From Octopus vulgaris (taxonomy: Eukaryota), in NCBI GenBank assembly GCA_951406725.2, contig OX597820.1:13702001-13766000 (forward strand): a DNA stretch of 64,000 nucleotides. The letters run 5' to 3'. This document shows, in pieces, positions 1 through 13,955 of the stretch. A program made the position numbers and the translations under genes. Each line of letters starts with the position of its first letter. Position 1 is the first letter of the stretch. The notes beneath the pieces are model-generated. The model had not been told where the DNA came from, did not search any database, and was given only the letters and a program-made list of their open reading frames with translations.

Positions 1-22
1 ACAAACACACAAAGTTGCATGC

Positions 23-59
<37 letters not shown>

Positions 60-316
60 GGCTCTGAAGTGATCCTCCCATACAGGATCAAAGCAGAGCA
101 TGATATTAACATAAAAATAAAATTACATTTTTTTTCCTAAAATTTCTTAAATTAAGTGGAATTCATTTCTGGCGCTTTATTAAAACTGTCAATAACTACG
201 TTATGCAAATTAAAATTTCATGTTTAAACTAATTTAAAAGAGTGAGAAAAAAAAAGACTCTTTTTGTTCATATGTGTTTTGAAATTTATTAATATATAAT
301 TTTATTCATGTATGAA

Positions 317-888
317 CAGGTATGGCTGTGATTAAGAAGCTCACTTTGCAATCATAAGCTTTCAGGTTCAATCCCACTGTAAAGCACCTCAGGCAAGTGT
401 CTTCTACTATAGCCCCAGGCTGATCAAAGCCTTGTAAGTGGGTAGATGGAAACTGGGTGGAAGCCCATTGTGTATGTGCATGTGAATGTGTGTGTATGTG
501 TGTGCATGTGTGTGTTCATGTGAATGTGTGTGTGTGTGCATCTGTATATGCATGCATGTGTGTGTGTGTGCATACATGTGCGTGTATGTATGTGTGCATA
601 TCTGTGTGTATGTGTGTGTACATACATGTGTGCATGTGTTTGTGTGCGTATATATGTGTGTGTGTGCATCTTTGTGTGTATCCCCCCACAAATACAGAAC
701 ACACCACTCGACAATCCGTGTTGGTTTGTTTACATCCCCATAACTTAGCAGTTTGGCAGAGGGGATCAAAAGAATAAGTACCAGACATAAAAGTGATTAC
801 TCAGATTAATCTGTTCAACAAGAAACCCTTCAAGGTTGTGCCCCAGCATGGCCACAGTCCAAAGACTGAAACAAGTAGAAGATAAAAA
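317..888 (+). mobile_element. tRNA-derived SINE (family A) with internal (TG)n-type microsatellite
   Basis: Head with B-box-like ggttcaatccc and ggcaagtgtcttctactatagcc, internal TG/CA-rich tract, then tail ...ccagcatggccacagtc...gactgaaacaagta. The same layout recurs at 21492 and 55530. Confidence 0.8.
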
Positions 889-1919
889 AGATATAGCTTG
901 AGAATAGTCTGTCTGTGTGCATGCATGAAAGTGCAAGTGTGTGTGCATGCAAATGTGTGTGACAATATGTGTGTGTGTATGCATGCAAGTGTGTGTGTGT
1001 ATGCATGCAAGTGTGTGTGTGCATGTGTGCATATATGCAAGTGTGTTTGTGTGTATGCATGTAAGTGTGTGTGTGTACATGTGATGTGTGCATGCTTGCA
1101 AGTGTTGTGTTTGTGTATATGTGCATATATGCAAGTGTGTTTGTATGTGTGCATTGTATGTGTGCATGTGCGTGTATGGAAGTGTGTGTGTGCATGCTTG
1201 CAAGTGTTTGTATGAATGCATGTATGCATACTTGCAAGTGTGTGTGTTTGTGCATGTGTGCATGTATGCAAGTGTGTGTGTGTACATGTGTTCATGCTTG
1301 CAACTGTGTGTGTGTGTGTGTGTGTGTGTTTCAAGGCACAAGATTGATTCTGGGATTAAGAAGTTTGCTTTGTACCGGCATGGTCATGGGTTCAATCCTA
1401 CTACACCGCACAGTCGATAACTGTTTTCTTCTACGGCCCTCAGGTCAACCAAGAGCTTGTGAATAAAACGGGCAAACTGGAACACAATGGAAGCTCTCAT
1501 TGCATATGAAAACCGTAGCAGGCACTTGCATGAGAGAGAGCCATGATTCTGTTGATTGCTTAAGGGACCTATGTAGTGGTGATAAGACACAGGCAGCTTC
1601 TAATCCGTCCCGTGTTTGACCTGGTAGAGCATCGAGGTTGTGACAACTGGTGACAGGAAGGGGCTGCAGTCAATTGTCAGTTGCTTCTAATTTAAGCGGA
1701 ATCTAGAGCACCATTCTAGTATTTCAAGATATTTTTATATGATTTTGGTAAATCTATCTGTTAAAATGAGATGTCAGTGATAGTTTCATTTTTGCATAAT
1801 TTAGGCGACAGTTTATTCACCACACTCTGTATGTGTGTGTGTGTGTGTATGTACACACAAACACATATTATACATGGCATATTACATATACATTACATAT
1901 TTCATGCATTATACACACA

Positions 1920-1954
<35 letters not shown>

Positions 1955-1973
1955 ACACATACACACATACACA

Positions 1974-2007
<34 letters not shown>

Positions 2008-2265
2008 TATATATATATTTATATATATATGTATATACAGAAACACACACGTGCACACACACATACACACACAAAGACACACACATACACTAACACACAC
2101 ACACACATATATATATGAACATTGAACACTGAATAATTAATACATTCTACACAAACCATCATAACCACCAGCAACAGCCACCACCACCGCCACGACCACC
2201 ACCACCATCGCAAATAAACACCAGCAGCTAAATGAAATCCATCATCATCGTCATCACCACCACCA

Positions 2266-2300
<35 letters not shown>

Positions 2301-3032
2301 CCCATCAAGATAAATAACAGCAATAAATATCGAGGTTAATTTTCGCGAGTGTTTATTTTCCTCGTTTATTGGGTAAAAATTAATTCCAGTGTCAAACGAA
2401 ACACGCAGTCTTTGATTCAGTGCCGAGATAACTGTGGAAACAGTCGAAAAATTGGATTTTACCAAAGATGGAAAGAATAAGGTGAGCTTTCGAAGGAGGA
2501 GGTAGAAACGAGTGCACTCTTCAGAGATGGAGAACGGTTTTAGCGTTGGATGGATGCTGAGAGGATGGTGGATGGTGGATGCGGAGACGATGTACGTTAG
2601 GAATGCGTGGCATAATTTTCAAAGTAGCAGAGAATGGAAAATATCAATATTCAATATTTCTTTTATGAAATTTATTTTCACTGCTGCCATCGCCACCGCT
2701 ACCGCCGCTGCGCCTCGCTTCAACCCCTCCCCACCATCACCCCCCCTCGAACTGTTGCTGCTCTTTTGTTTTTTGTTGTTGTTGAGGGGTTTTTTGTGTG
2801 CTTTTTTTCGGTGTTGCTGTGTTATGGCAAAAACAAATCGATTATGTCATCAAAGTGTTGCTTTCAAATAGTATATATGTATATATACACATATATACAT
2901 ACACATATATACACATACATATATATATATACATATATACACATGTATATATGTGTATATATATATGTATATATATATAAACACATACATACACATAGAT
3001 AGAGAGAGAGTGAGTGAGAGAGAGATATATAA

Positions 3033-3350
<318 letters not shown>

Positions 3351-5049
3351 AGACAGAGGGAGATAGATAGATAGATTAGAATAAATAGAGAGATGACATG
3401 AGTACATATTACATTTAGATGAACATGTCACATATATCCCATAAGTAAGTCACTGTTTAAACACTGACAGAGCATTTATCGATGTCTTACTTACAGAACA
3501 CCTGCGATTTATACCAAACTGCTTACATTTATCTATTAATAAATATAAAAGTGCATCTTCTCTTCCCACTCCCCTCTCCCTCTCTCTCTCTTTCTTTCTC
3601 TTTCTTTTTTCTCCCTTATACACACACACCATCCACTCATTGGTGTTTATTATTTTATATAGCTGAAGGACCATCCCTACCACTTATTCTCTCACAAGTT
3701 ATCCGGCTCACTACCTGGAGCCATTTCACTGGATTTCCATCCATCATCCTTGACCCTGTCCACTCACCTTTCGCATTGATCATCTCCACCACCATCACCA
3801 CCAGGCCACCAAATAATCTTTCTCCAGCACCATATATCTCTCACTCACACCTCATGCCCTGCACCTGCTTCTCTCTCCCCCCCCCCCCCCCCAATGCTCT
3901 TGCAACCTACCCAACCACACACCATTTCTCTCTATCTCGTCCTTCTCACATCAACTGTCTCATCATTATCCTTCTGCCGATCTTCACCACCACCTCGCTC
4001 CTTTCTGCACTGTCAGCCATCTCCCCTACCTCCCCACCAACTCATATGCATCACTGGTCACCCCCACCCCTTATCCACCATTCACTACAGCCACTCCTCA
4101 ACCTTATCCAATCTTTGCAGTTGTCACCTACTCTTCCCTACTTCCCCTACTTATCATCTCTCAACATTTGGTCTTCATTCAATATATTCTCACACACCCT
4201 CATCCATTCCCCATCCCACTCTCCACACACTCTTGCAACCTCATCCCACCCACACTCTTAGTCCCTCCCATTTTTATTCATTTTTACTCTCCTCATACCA
4301 TGAGGGTTCAACCAAGTACCTCATCATCACTATTTTTATCTCTCCCCACCTCCACCCTCTCTTCTCATAGGTGAGTAACCATGGAGCTTCTCTACAACAA
4401 GAAACTCATTCTGCTCTGGACCCTTCACTTATATTTTAACACCACGTTTCCAAGCACAAAGCTACCTCCCGCCAGGGTTTATATTCTTGTAAGCTGCACA
4501 GTAACCTCACTTGTGCTGGTGCCATAAAAAAAACCCCAGGGCATGCTGTATTTGTTGGCAGTGGGAAGACATCCAGCCATAGACATGGTGGCAAAGCAGA
4601 CAGAGGAACATATGGCAAGCCTCTACCTTGGACAAGCTGGAACTTGCCAAGCCATCCAACCCATGCTAGCACAGAACATAGACATTAAATGATGAGGCAT
4701 ATGATAACATATGTATGTGTGTATTGTTCATCTAACAATCCAACGAGGACCATCTTGTCATCTGGTCATCTTTGTTGGAGGATGCGATATGTAATAATAA
4801 TAAGTCTGCTGTCTGTGGTTTCAGTCAAAACATCCAATGCATTACGGCATGGAACACAGTTGTTAAATGATGGCGATGATGATGACGATGACAATGACAA
4901 ACAGACAGAGATAGATAGGTAGATAGATATGTATTTACATATAAAGATTTTCAAATTCTCAAATAAATATTAAAAACCAGGACTTTGTTTCAGCTGCGCT
5001 GACAGTTGGCATCACTTCAAACAAACATTGTTACAATAGCTAAATTCAG

Positions 5050-5745
5050 GTGGTGGCAGAGTGATGATGACAATGATGATGATATTGATGATAATGATGT
5101 TGTTGTTGTTGTTGCAGGTGGTGGTGGTGGTGGTGGTGGTGTTGATGGTGGTGGAGTGATGATAACAATGATGATGATGATGCTTGTGGTGGAGGTGGTG
5201 GTGATGGCGTTGATGGTGGTGAAGTGATGATGACAATGATGATGATGTTGATGTTTGTGGTGGTGGTGGTGGTGGTGGTGGTGGTAGTGGTGTTGATGGT
5301 GATAGAGTGATGATGACAATGATGATGATGATGATGTTTGTGGTGGTGGTGGTGGTAGTGGCATTGATGGTAGTGGAGTGATGATGACAATGATGATGTT
5401 GTTGTTGTTGTTTTTGGTGGTGGTGGTGGTGGTGGTGGTGGTGGTGGCAGTGATGGTGGTGGCGGTGGTGGTGGCGGTGGCATTGATGGTAGTGGAGTGA
5501 TGATCACAATGATGATGATGTTGATGATGTTTGTGGTGGTGGTGGTGGTGGTGGTGGTGGTGGTGGTGGTGGTGGTGGCAGTGGTGGCGTTGATGGTGGT
5601 GGAGTGATGATAAGAATGATGATAATGATGATGATGTTGATGGTAGTGGTGGCGGCAGTGATAGTGGTGGAGAGATGACGACGAAAACGATGATGATGAG
5701 GATGATGACGATGATAACGATGATGATGATGATGATGATGGTGAT
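5050..5745. repeat. Compound (GGT)n/(GAT)n trinucleotide low-complexity block
   Basis: Seen directly. Similar blocks occur at 16110-16635, 18700-19020, 41670-42320 and 45075-45600. Confidence 0.9.
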
Positions 5746-7477
5746 CAGCTATAGAATTTTAGAGAATGAATAGACATTTCTAGAACGTAAGAGCTGCTGC
5801 TCAGAGTCAGAAACTGTCAATAATGCCAGAAAGAAACAAGTCATTTTCGCTTGGTGCCTATCAAAGAACGACGCCTGACAGCAGAGGATACACAAGGTCA
5901 GATAGTAAATACATAAACGTAAATATCTCCCAGCCTCCTCCCCTGCGGCTCAAAATGAGTGATGCTAATTCTTCGTTTCATGGTATTAATCCTCTATAAC
6001 ACCTACCGTTAATAATTCTTGATGCTTCCAATACAATATGCTGTTGTGAAAAGGAAACGACACAATTGAAAGCTTTGACAAGCTCTAAGGATTCCGTTAT
6101 GTTTGAACAATACATTATTGCATGCAACCAATTAGGATATCTCTGGCAGTTGCTGTGGAATTATTGACAACTCAAAATGTATCTTTGGTGGGTTGTGTGT
6201 GTGTGTGTACGTATGCATGTGTGTGTGTATGTGTATACGTATGCGTGTGTGTGTGTGTGTGTGTGTTTGTGTGTTTGTGTGAGTATGCATGCATGTGTGT
6301 GTTTTTGTATGTGTGTGTGTTTGTGTGTGTATGCATGCATGTATGTGTGTGTATGTATGAGAGTGATAGTGTGGGTATGCCTGCATGTGTGTATGTTTTT
6401 GTATGTGTTTGTGTATGTATGCATGCATGTGTGTGTATGTATGTGTGTGTTAGTGTGTGTATGCGTGCATGCATGTGTGTGTGTGTCTGTGTATGTTTGG
6501 GTTTGTGTGTGTACGAATGCATGTGTGTGTGCATGTTTGTGTGTGTGTTTGCATGTGTATGCATGCATGTGTGTGTAGGTATGCATGTTTGTGTGCACAT
6601 GTGTGTGTGTGTGCACATGTGTGTGTGCACATGTGTGTGTGCACATGTGTGTGTGTGTGTATGCATGCATGTGTGTGTATTTTTACATGTGTGTTAGTGT
6701 GTGTGTGCATGCATGCATGTGTGTTTGGGTGTGTATTTGTGTCTGTATGCATGCATGTATGTATGTATACATGCATTTGTGTGCATGTTTGTGTGTGTGT
6801 GTTTGTGTGTGTACGTATTTGTGTGTTTGTGTGTGTATGCATGTGTGTGTGCATGCGTGTGTGTGTGTGCACGGGTGTTTGTGCATGTGTGTGCATGCAT
6901 ATGAGTATGTTTGTGTGTGCATGCATGTGTGTGAGTGTTTGTGTATGTATGTTTGTGTGCATGGATGTGCACTTGTGTATGCATGCATGGTGTGTGTGTG
7001 CATGCATGTGTGCATATGTGTGTGTTTGTGCATGTGTATGCATGCACGTGGTTTATGTGTGTGAGTATGTGTGCGTACATGTGTGTACGTCTCAGAAGAA
7101 TTAATTTTGTTTTTTTTACAGCGAACATTCTCCTCCCTACATTTAAATAAACTGAAAGACAGATGAGGGATTGTTTTTCTCTTCCTTATTCCCCAGTGCA
7201 GCAGATTGATAGATTGATATCACGGGTCAGAGGTGGCAAACATGCCTGGCTTTACAGGCCAGATTGAAGAATAAAGTAGATGCTACTGACCGGACACAGA
7301 CAATTGTTGCTAAAAACCCTATTCATAACATTGGCCAAAGTAAATGGATGGCAGAGTCAATGGACATAACAACAACTTTAGTAATAATAAAGGAAAGAAT
7401 ATGACACATCAGCAAAGTTTGAATGCCAAGATGAATGAGATGTGTATATATATACATGTGTATGTATATATATATAC

Positions 7478-7518
<41 letters not shown>

Positions 7519-7539
7519 TATATACATATATATATATAC

Positions 7540-7570
<31 letters not shown>

Positions 7571-7603
7571 CATATATATACATATATATACATATATATA
7601 TAC

Positions 7604-7634
<31 letters not shown>

Positions 7635-7750
7635 CATATATATACATATGTATATACATATGTATATATATATATATATATATACATATATATACATATG
7701 TATATACATATATACATATATATATACATATATATATGTATGTGTATATA

Positions 7751-7784
<34 letters not shown>

Positions 7785-7870
7785 TGAATACACACACATC
7801 TCATTCATCTCTGCAGTCAAACTTTCCTAGCATGCAGGGTGGTTGTGTGGTAAGAAAATTATACAAGAGT

Positions 7871-8058
7871 GGCTAAATCTGGATTTCAGCTTCTTTGAGC
7901 TTCATCAGAATCAAACATTCACTGGCACCACATGCCAATTGAAAATCAGTCACTATTGATACAGTTAAAAAGTGAATGAAATGTCACTAATGCTGTATTT
8001 AACCAGCAGGATGAATAAGCACTGATGATGCTCAAAGACGCAGAAATACCTATTTAGC
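7871..8058. mobile_element. Penelope-like terminal remnant with two inverted, decayed hammerhead-like motifs
   Basis: Minus 7871-7916 reads CTGATGA-agct-caaaga-agct-GAAA-tccagatt. Plus 8016-8058 reads CTGATGA-tgc-tcaaagac-gca-GAAA-tacctatt. Both share gctcaaaga in stem-loop II. Confidence 0.55.
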
Positions 8059-8699
8059 AACACCACTGATGTTCCTGGATGATTTTTATCTACTGCTGAT
8101 ATATTTCTTTGCTTTTCAACACTGTATGTTTATAAGAAATGTTTTCTCAAGACAAATACCACTTTCAATAGTACATATATATGTTTTAAGTATGATATAT
8201 ATATTGCTAATTTGAACTAATATTGTTTCCATCACTAATAACAAATTCTAAATATTGCCTTCTGATTAATATTGATCTTGGAAAGTTTGTTTGGCAGCCT
8301 CTGAAACTCCAACAACTGCACCTCCTGCAAAATAATACAGATTGCAATGTTCTGGACACATTAATTTATTCTTATTTGATCTGTTGGTGCCAACAAATGA
8401 AAATGGCACATTTCCAGTGCAGAGTTAATTAAAGCAAGAACATGGATTTACTGATGAGTTAGACATATGGAAAATATCACATCACATTGACAAAGAATGG
8501 AAATACAGACGCAGGACTGGGTTGATGCGAACATAAACAAGATACTGAATCTTTTTTGGAATATCCAGTTACAGAAATCAATCATACAAACAGAACTAAT
8601 TAGCGTTAGAGTAAGAGGTTGTCTTCTCAATATGCAAATTAGTCTGGACCACACTTCAGAAATTATCTGAAGAATTGCAGAAGTTTCAAAAGGTGAAGG

Positions 8700-8770
8700 C
8701 AATCACTTGAATTGTAAGAATGGCAGATGAATGATTCCAGACTAAGAAATTACATTTTGAAGAGTCTGGG
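8700..8770 (+). mobile_element. Possible very old RTE-like LINE remnant
   Basis: Reads VRMADE*FQTKKLHFEE, weakly like VSSMEDGRIPKDILYGEL in the RTE copy at 62860. Confidence 0.25.
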
Positions 8771-8865
8771 TTGTCCAAACTCCAAATTCTATTTTATAAA
8801 TTTCCAAAAATAGTGCAAGAAATAGCAGTTAACTCTCCCTTAAACCACACATTTATCATTTTCAT

Positions 8866-9093
8866 TTACATTATTTACATTTGACGGATATTTGTCCTCA
8901 TCTTACTCTTTTACTCTTTTATTTGTTTCAGTCATTTGACTGTGGCAAATCGACCCCAGGACTTAATCTTTTGGATTAGTACTTATTCTATCAATCTCTT
9001 TTGCCGAACCGCTAAGTTACGGGTACGTAAACACACCACCATTTTGTTTGTTGTTGACACAACGTTTCGGCTGATGTACTCTCCAGCCTTCAT
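8866..9093 (-). mobile_element. Penelope-like fragment with 3' part of a hammerhead motif, interrupted by a family A SINE tail (about 8905-9042)
   Basis: Reverse complement reads atga-aggctg-gagagtacat-cagcc-GAAACGTT-gtgt. The flank tacattatttacatttgac(g/a)gatattt is shared with 22270-22342. Confidence 0.6.
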
Positions 9094-9171
9094 ATGCGTG
9101 CATATGCCTTAGTGGTTAAGAGCACAGTCTACTAACCCTAAGATTCCAAGTTCGATTCCAGGCAATGACCT

Positions 9172-9572
9172 CATCATCATCATCATCATTTAACATCCGC
9201 TTTCCATGCTGGTATGGGTTGGACGGTTTGACTGAGGACTGGTCAGCCAGAAGGCTGCACCAGGCTCAATCTGATCTGGCAAAGTTTCAACCCTTCCTAA
9301 CACCAGCCACTCCGAGAGTGTAGTGGGTGCTTTTACATGCCACCAGCATGAGGGCCAGTCAGGCAGTTCTGGCAACAACCATGCTCAAAAGGTGTTTTTT
9401 ACATGCTATCTGCACAGGAGCCAGTCTTTCACATGCCACTGGCACATGTGCCGGTAAGGTGACGCTGGCAACGATCACGCTCGAATAGTGCTGTTTACGT
9501 GCCACTGGCATGGGAGCCAGTCCATGGCCCTGGCAACGATCACGCTCGGATGTGCTTTTAACATTCCACTGG
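9172..9572 (-). mobile_element. SINE-like repeat (family B) with (GAT)n tail and internal ~60-bp tandem units
   Basis: Shared block ...ccttcctaac(g/a)cca(a/g)ccactcc...gtgtagtgggtgc, flanked by (CAT)n on the plus strand. Further copies at about 4490, 10399, 12778, 14950, 15357, 17831, 29617, 33790/34155, 37500, 39400 and 52393. Confidence 0.8.
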
Positions 9573-10362
9573 CAGCAGTAGCAGCAGCAGAAGAAGAAGA
9601 AGAGTGGTGGTTGTGGTGGTGGTGGTGGTGGCGGCGGCGGCAGTGGTAGTGGTGCGAGCTGGAATACCTGTAATCATAAGATCTACCCAGTCAAGAAACT
9701 ACACCACCACCACCACAACAACAAAAACAATAACCAGCAAACCAACCACCCATATTCACATACACACACACACACACACACAGTATTCCATTATTATCAT
9801 CATCAACAGCAGCAGCAACGACAATAGGTGAGAAACAGTAACGAGATTCTTTGTTTTGATATCATGTGTCAGACAAGCTCTTAATACAATATAATCCATC
9901 ATTCACTTTCGTGGCGTGAGATCCAAGCTTCAAAGATATGATCTAGATCACCTCACCTTAAACCTACACCAGGCTCAAATATCCTTCTCTGTATCAACTA
10001 TCAGTACACTTACACCCGTTGTCAATGAATCATTCATAACATCGTTGTTTACTAAATTAGTCAATGCCTGTCTATGGTACTTGACACCTATAAGTGTTGG
10101 ATGGTGAGTATATATACATGTAGGTGTACTTGTGTAGTAAGAAATCTGCTTTGTAACCACATGTAGTGGTGGACTGGCCAGGTTGCCAGCTTGCCCAATG
10201 GCAAGTGGTAACGATCTCATTTGAATGGTGCTTTTTATGTGCCACCGGCATGGAAGCCAGTCAGCTGCTCTGGGAGCAATCACGCTTGGATGGTGCTCTT
10301 AGCACTTCACTGGCACAGGTGCCAGTCATCGAATTTGCGAATTTGCATATTTGATTTGATTT

Positions 10363-10401
<39 letters not shown>

Positions 10402-10590
10402 TGTAGTGGGCGTAAAAAGCGCCCACTACACTCACTCATGGAGTGGTTGGCATTAGGAAGGGCATCCAGCTGTAGAAACACTGCCAGATCAGACTGGAGC
10501 CTGATGCAGCCTCCTGGCTTTCCAGACCCCAGTCAAACCGTCCAACCCATGCTAGCATTGAAAACGGATGTTAAATGAAGATGATGATGA

Positions 10591-10645
<55 letters not shown>

Positions 10646-10692
10646 TATATATACATATATATACATATATATATATACATATATATATATTT

Positions 10693-10773
<81 letters not shown>

Positions 10774-10794
10774 TATATATATACATATATATAC

Positions 10795-10916
<122 letters not shown>

Positions 10917-10931
10917 TATTATTATTATTAT

Positions 10932-11237
10932 TCAGTAGCATATTTTTTATAGCGTGCATTCACTTCACTACCGAGTGCAGCTCTGTGTGCCTTGGGTACG
11001 TGCTGTGATTTGTTGTGATACTCTGATGGTTATTGTATGGAAAGTGTTCTGCGTAGGATGTATGCAGTGTCCAGTAGTGCAATTTTCTGTATGTTATATG
11101 TGTTTGTAAGTCCTGGTGTTTTTGTTATGTATTTGTCTGAATATTTTTTTATTCAGACAAATACATAACAAAAACACCAGGACTTACAAACACATATAAC
11201 ATACAGAAAATTGCACTACTAGGCACTGCACACATCC

Positions 11238-11238
<1 letters not shown>
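10932..11238 (-). mobile_element. 5'-truncated R4/Dong-like (RLE-type) non-LTR retrotransposon 3' end with inverted duplication
   Basis: Minus strand reads YSDKYITKTPGLTNTYNIQKIALLDTAYILRRTLSIQ* followed by a 3'UTR. The inverted arm reads ...IQKIALLGTAHIL. (TTA)n flanks both sides. Confidence 0.75.
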
Positions 11239-11286
<48 letters not shown>

Positions 11287-12777
11287 GTTTATACAGAGAT
11301 GAATATAGTGAGAATTCAAAGAGATGTGAAGGGGAAAGTGATGTAAAAAGGTTGGACAGTTAAGTAAGCAGAAGTAGGCAAACAAGCCAATACGTGGGAG
11401 AGAGAGAGAGACAAACAAACAAACTTAAAACTGTTCAGAGAAAAGCTGCCCTTTTCTATAGCTTTAATTTTAATACAACAATAATAACATGAATGATTTC
11501 TAGAGATATACATCGATAATTGGTTTCCACACAGTGTCTGTCCATTTGGTTTATATAAAACTTTAATATTATTCCTTTAGACAATAATGGCCATTTATCA
11601 TGTATATTGTCATAATCTATTTCCCTCTGGTAAAAATATTTTATTTTACGTTTATGAAAATATCATAGAAACATTAAAAAAAAATAAAAAGATTTTACAC
11701 TGGGAAAAAAAAAAAGTTATTGCATTGAGAATTGCTGCTTTTTGAATTAGCACTAAATCATTCTTTAATTGGCTAAATTCCATCACCGCATCGAGAGAGA
11801 GAGGGTTTGGCAAAAAATGCGCCAGTCTGGATGTTTTGGCTGAAATGTTCCAGCTTTAAATGCGGTACCTTGTGGTTTTGAATCCGGTTCAGAATTATGA
11901 AAGCACTAAAAGCAAAGTATATGGCATTCATTTGTTCGTTAGTCATTTAATTAAATATCAGTAACTATACTAACTTCCATTTATTTCTAATTTATATTAA
12001 TTCTCGGTAACTAGTTTCCAACAAGCCACTTTGGTTCACCACTTAAACTCTTAAAGTCTTGACGTGCTTTCTCTATAAAAATCTCTTAATCTAGTAGTTA
12101 GCCATCATCATCATCATTGTCATCATCATCAATTAACTTCCATTTTTCCATGTTTGCATGGGTCAAAGTTTGTTAAGGCAGATTTTCTACAGCTGGATGC
12201 CCTTCCTGTTGCCAAACCTCACCTGTTTCCCAGTAGCCAGACAGGTATTTTTCATGGAAAACTGGAAATGAACAACCTCGCTCGTATAATGATGACGCTT
12301 GTTAATGACCCTCATGTGATGTCTACACAATGGTAAACACAAACACACACCAATACCCTCACATACCTACTGTAACCCACACCCCTGAGCTTCTCCTATA
12401 TATATATATTTACATCAGGCTTCCATACAGTTTCTGCTGACCAAATTCACACTTAAAACATTGGATGGCCTGGGGCGATAGTTGAAGACATAGTCAAGGT
12501 GCCAAACAGTAGGACTGAACCCAAAGGCACACGGTTGCAAAGCAAGGTTCTTAACCCCACAGCCGTCCTTGCACCTACTGAAGACAAAATATTTTATCCG
12601 TATTTAAACCTGAAACTTCAAATAATCTAAATTTTTTTACACAAATAAGCTAATGATTTCAAATACATAATCGGAATTCAAATTCTTTTCTTTTTACAAA
12701 ATAACATAAGGAGATAGATTTTGCTATCTGTGTACCCGAATTACATGCCTAAGCTCTTAATTCTTATTTGGACAGTA

Positions 12778-13006
12778 CATCATCATCATCATCATCATCA
12801 TCATCGTTTAACGTCCGTTTTCCGCGCTAGCACGGGTTGGACGGTTTCGACCGGGGTCTGGAGAGCTCGGGACTGCCCCAGGCTCCAGTCTAGTCTGGCA
12901 GTGTTTCTACAGCTGGATGCCCTTCCTAACGCCAACCACTCCGCGAGTGTAGTGGGTGTTTTTTACGTGCCACCTGCACAGGTGCCAGAGGGGTCTGGCA
13001 TCGGCC
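12778..13006 (-). mobile_element. Family B SINE-like copy, young and CpG-rich
   Basis: Nearly identical to 17858-18059. Confidence 0.85.
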
Positions 13007-13499
13007 GTATATAAAAGCAGCAGAAAATCATATGGTAATAGCAGATACGGGTCCGACAAGGACGGCGTTCCTTTTTATTAGCAAAATAAATACTATTGTT
13101 TTCTTTTCGAACTTAATGTAGTATGGGCAAACATCATTGTTTTTGGTGTGTAGCATTAAATTGAGAAACATCACAAGTTTTGGTAGCAGTTTACTGACAA
13201 TGGGCTGATCCGTTTGAATATCTTAGATACAAGAAGATAGTTTTTATTACATATGTACACAGTACATACATACATATGTACACATATATATATACACGTA
13301 TATACATATATACACAGACATGCACATACATATGTACACACACATATATATATATACATATATATATATACACATATATACATATATACAGACATGTACA
13401 TACATACATATATACATAGATATGTACACATATATTCACAGACACACACATACATGCATATATACATATACATACACATATACATACATATAAATATAG

Positions 13500-13530
<31 letters not shown>

Positions 13531-13622
13531 CACACACATATATATATATACACACACACATACACATATATACAAACACACATATATACACAGACATACA
13601 CAGATATATACAGACACTCATG

Positions 13623-13658
<36 letters not shown>

Positions 13659-13694
13659 TACACATACAGATATGCACGCACACACACACACAAA

Positions 13695-13729
<35 letters not shown>

Positions 13730-13924
13730 ATATACATATATATATCATATATGTGTGTGTGTGTGTGTGTGTGTAAACACACTCACATGAACCATACTGC
13801 TAAGCCTTTAATACTTGCATAACAGATATTTTGACAGTATTGTATATATATATGACAGCAGTGTGTACATGTGTGTGTAATATACATACATACGTACATA
13901 CACACACATACATACATACATTGA

Positions 13925-13955
<31 letters not shown>

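Noticed and set aside
3482-4370. 259-aa and 158-aa P/S/H/L-rich ORFs
   Set aside because: C/T-rich low-complexity strand bias suppresses stops; no motif.
5750-6190. Possible old CR1/L2-type LINE 3' remnant
   Set aside because: Too degenerate; I could not recover a convincing motif.
9096-9170. tRNA-like sequence with A and B boxes (tagtggttaagagc...gttcgattcc)
   Set aside because: No pairing acceptor stem. It is best read as a tRNA-derived SINE head, as are those at 24043, 31143, 33889 and 35091.
9873-10103. Plus-strand ORF ending at a gtgagt donor-like site
   Set aside because: There is an in-frame stop shortly after the nearest acceptor and no recognisable protein similarity.
11459-11627. 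Possible last RLIG1 exon on the minus strand (REIDYDNIHDKWPLLSKG...)
   Set aside because: Only the WP dipeptide matches. The expected HRHH motif is absent and the acceptor is weak.
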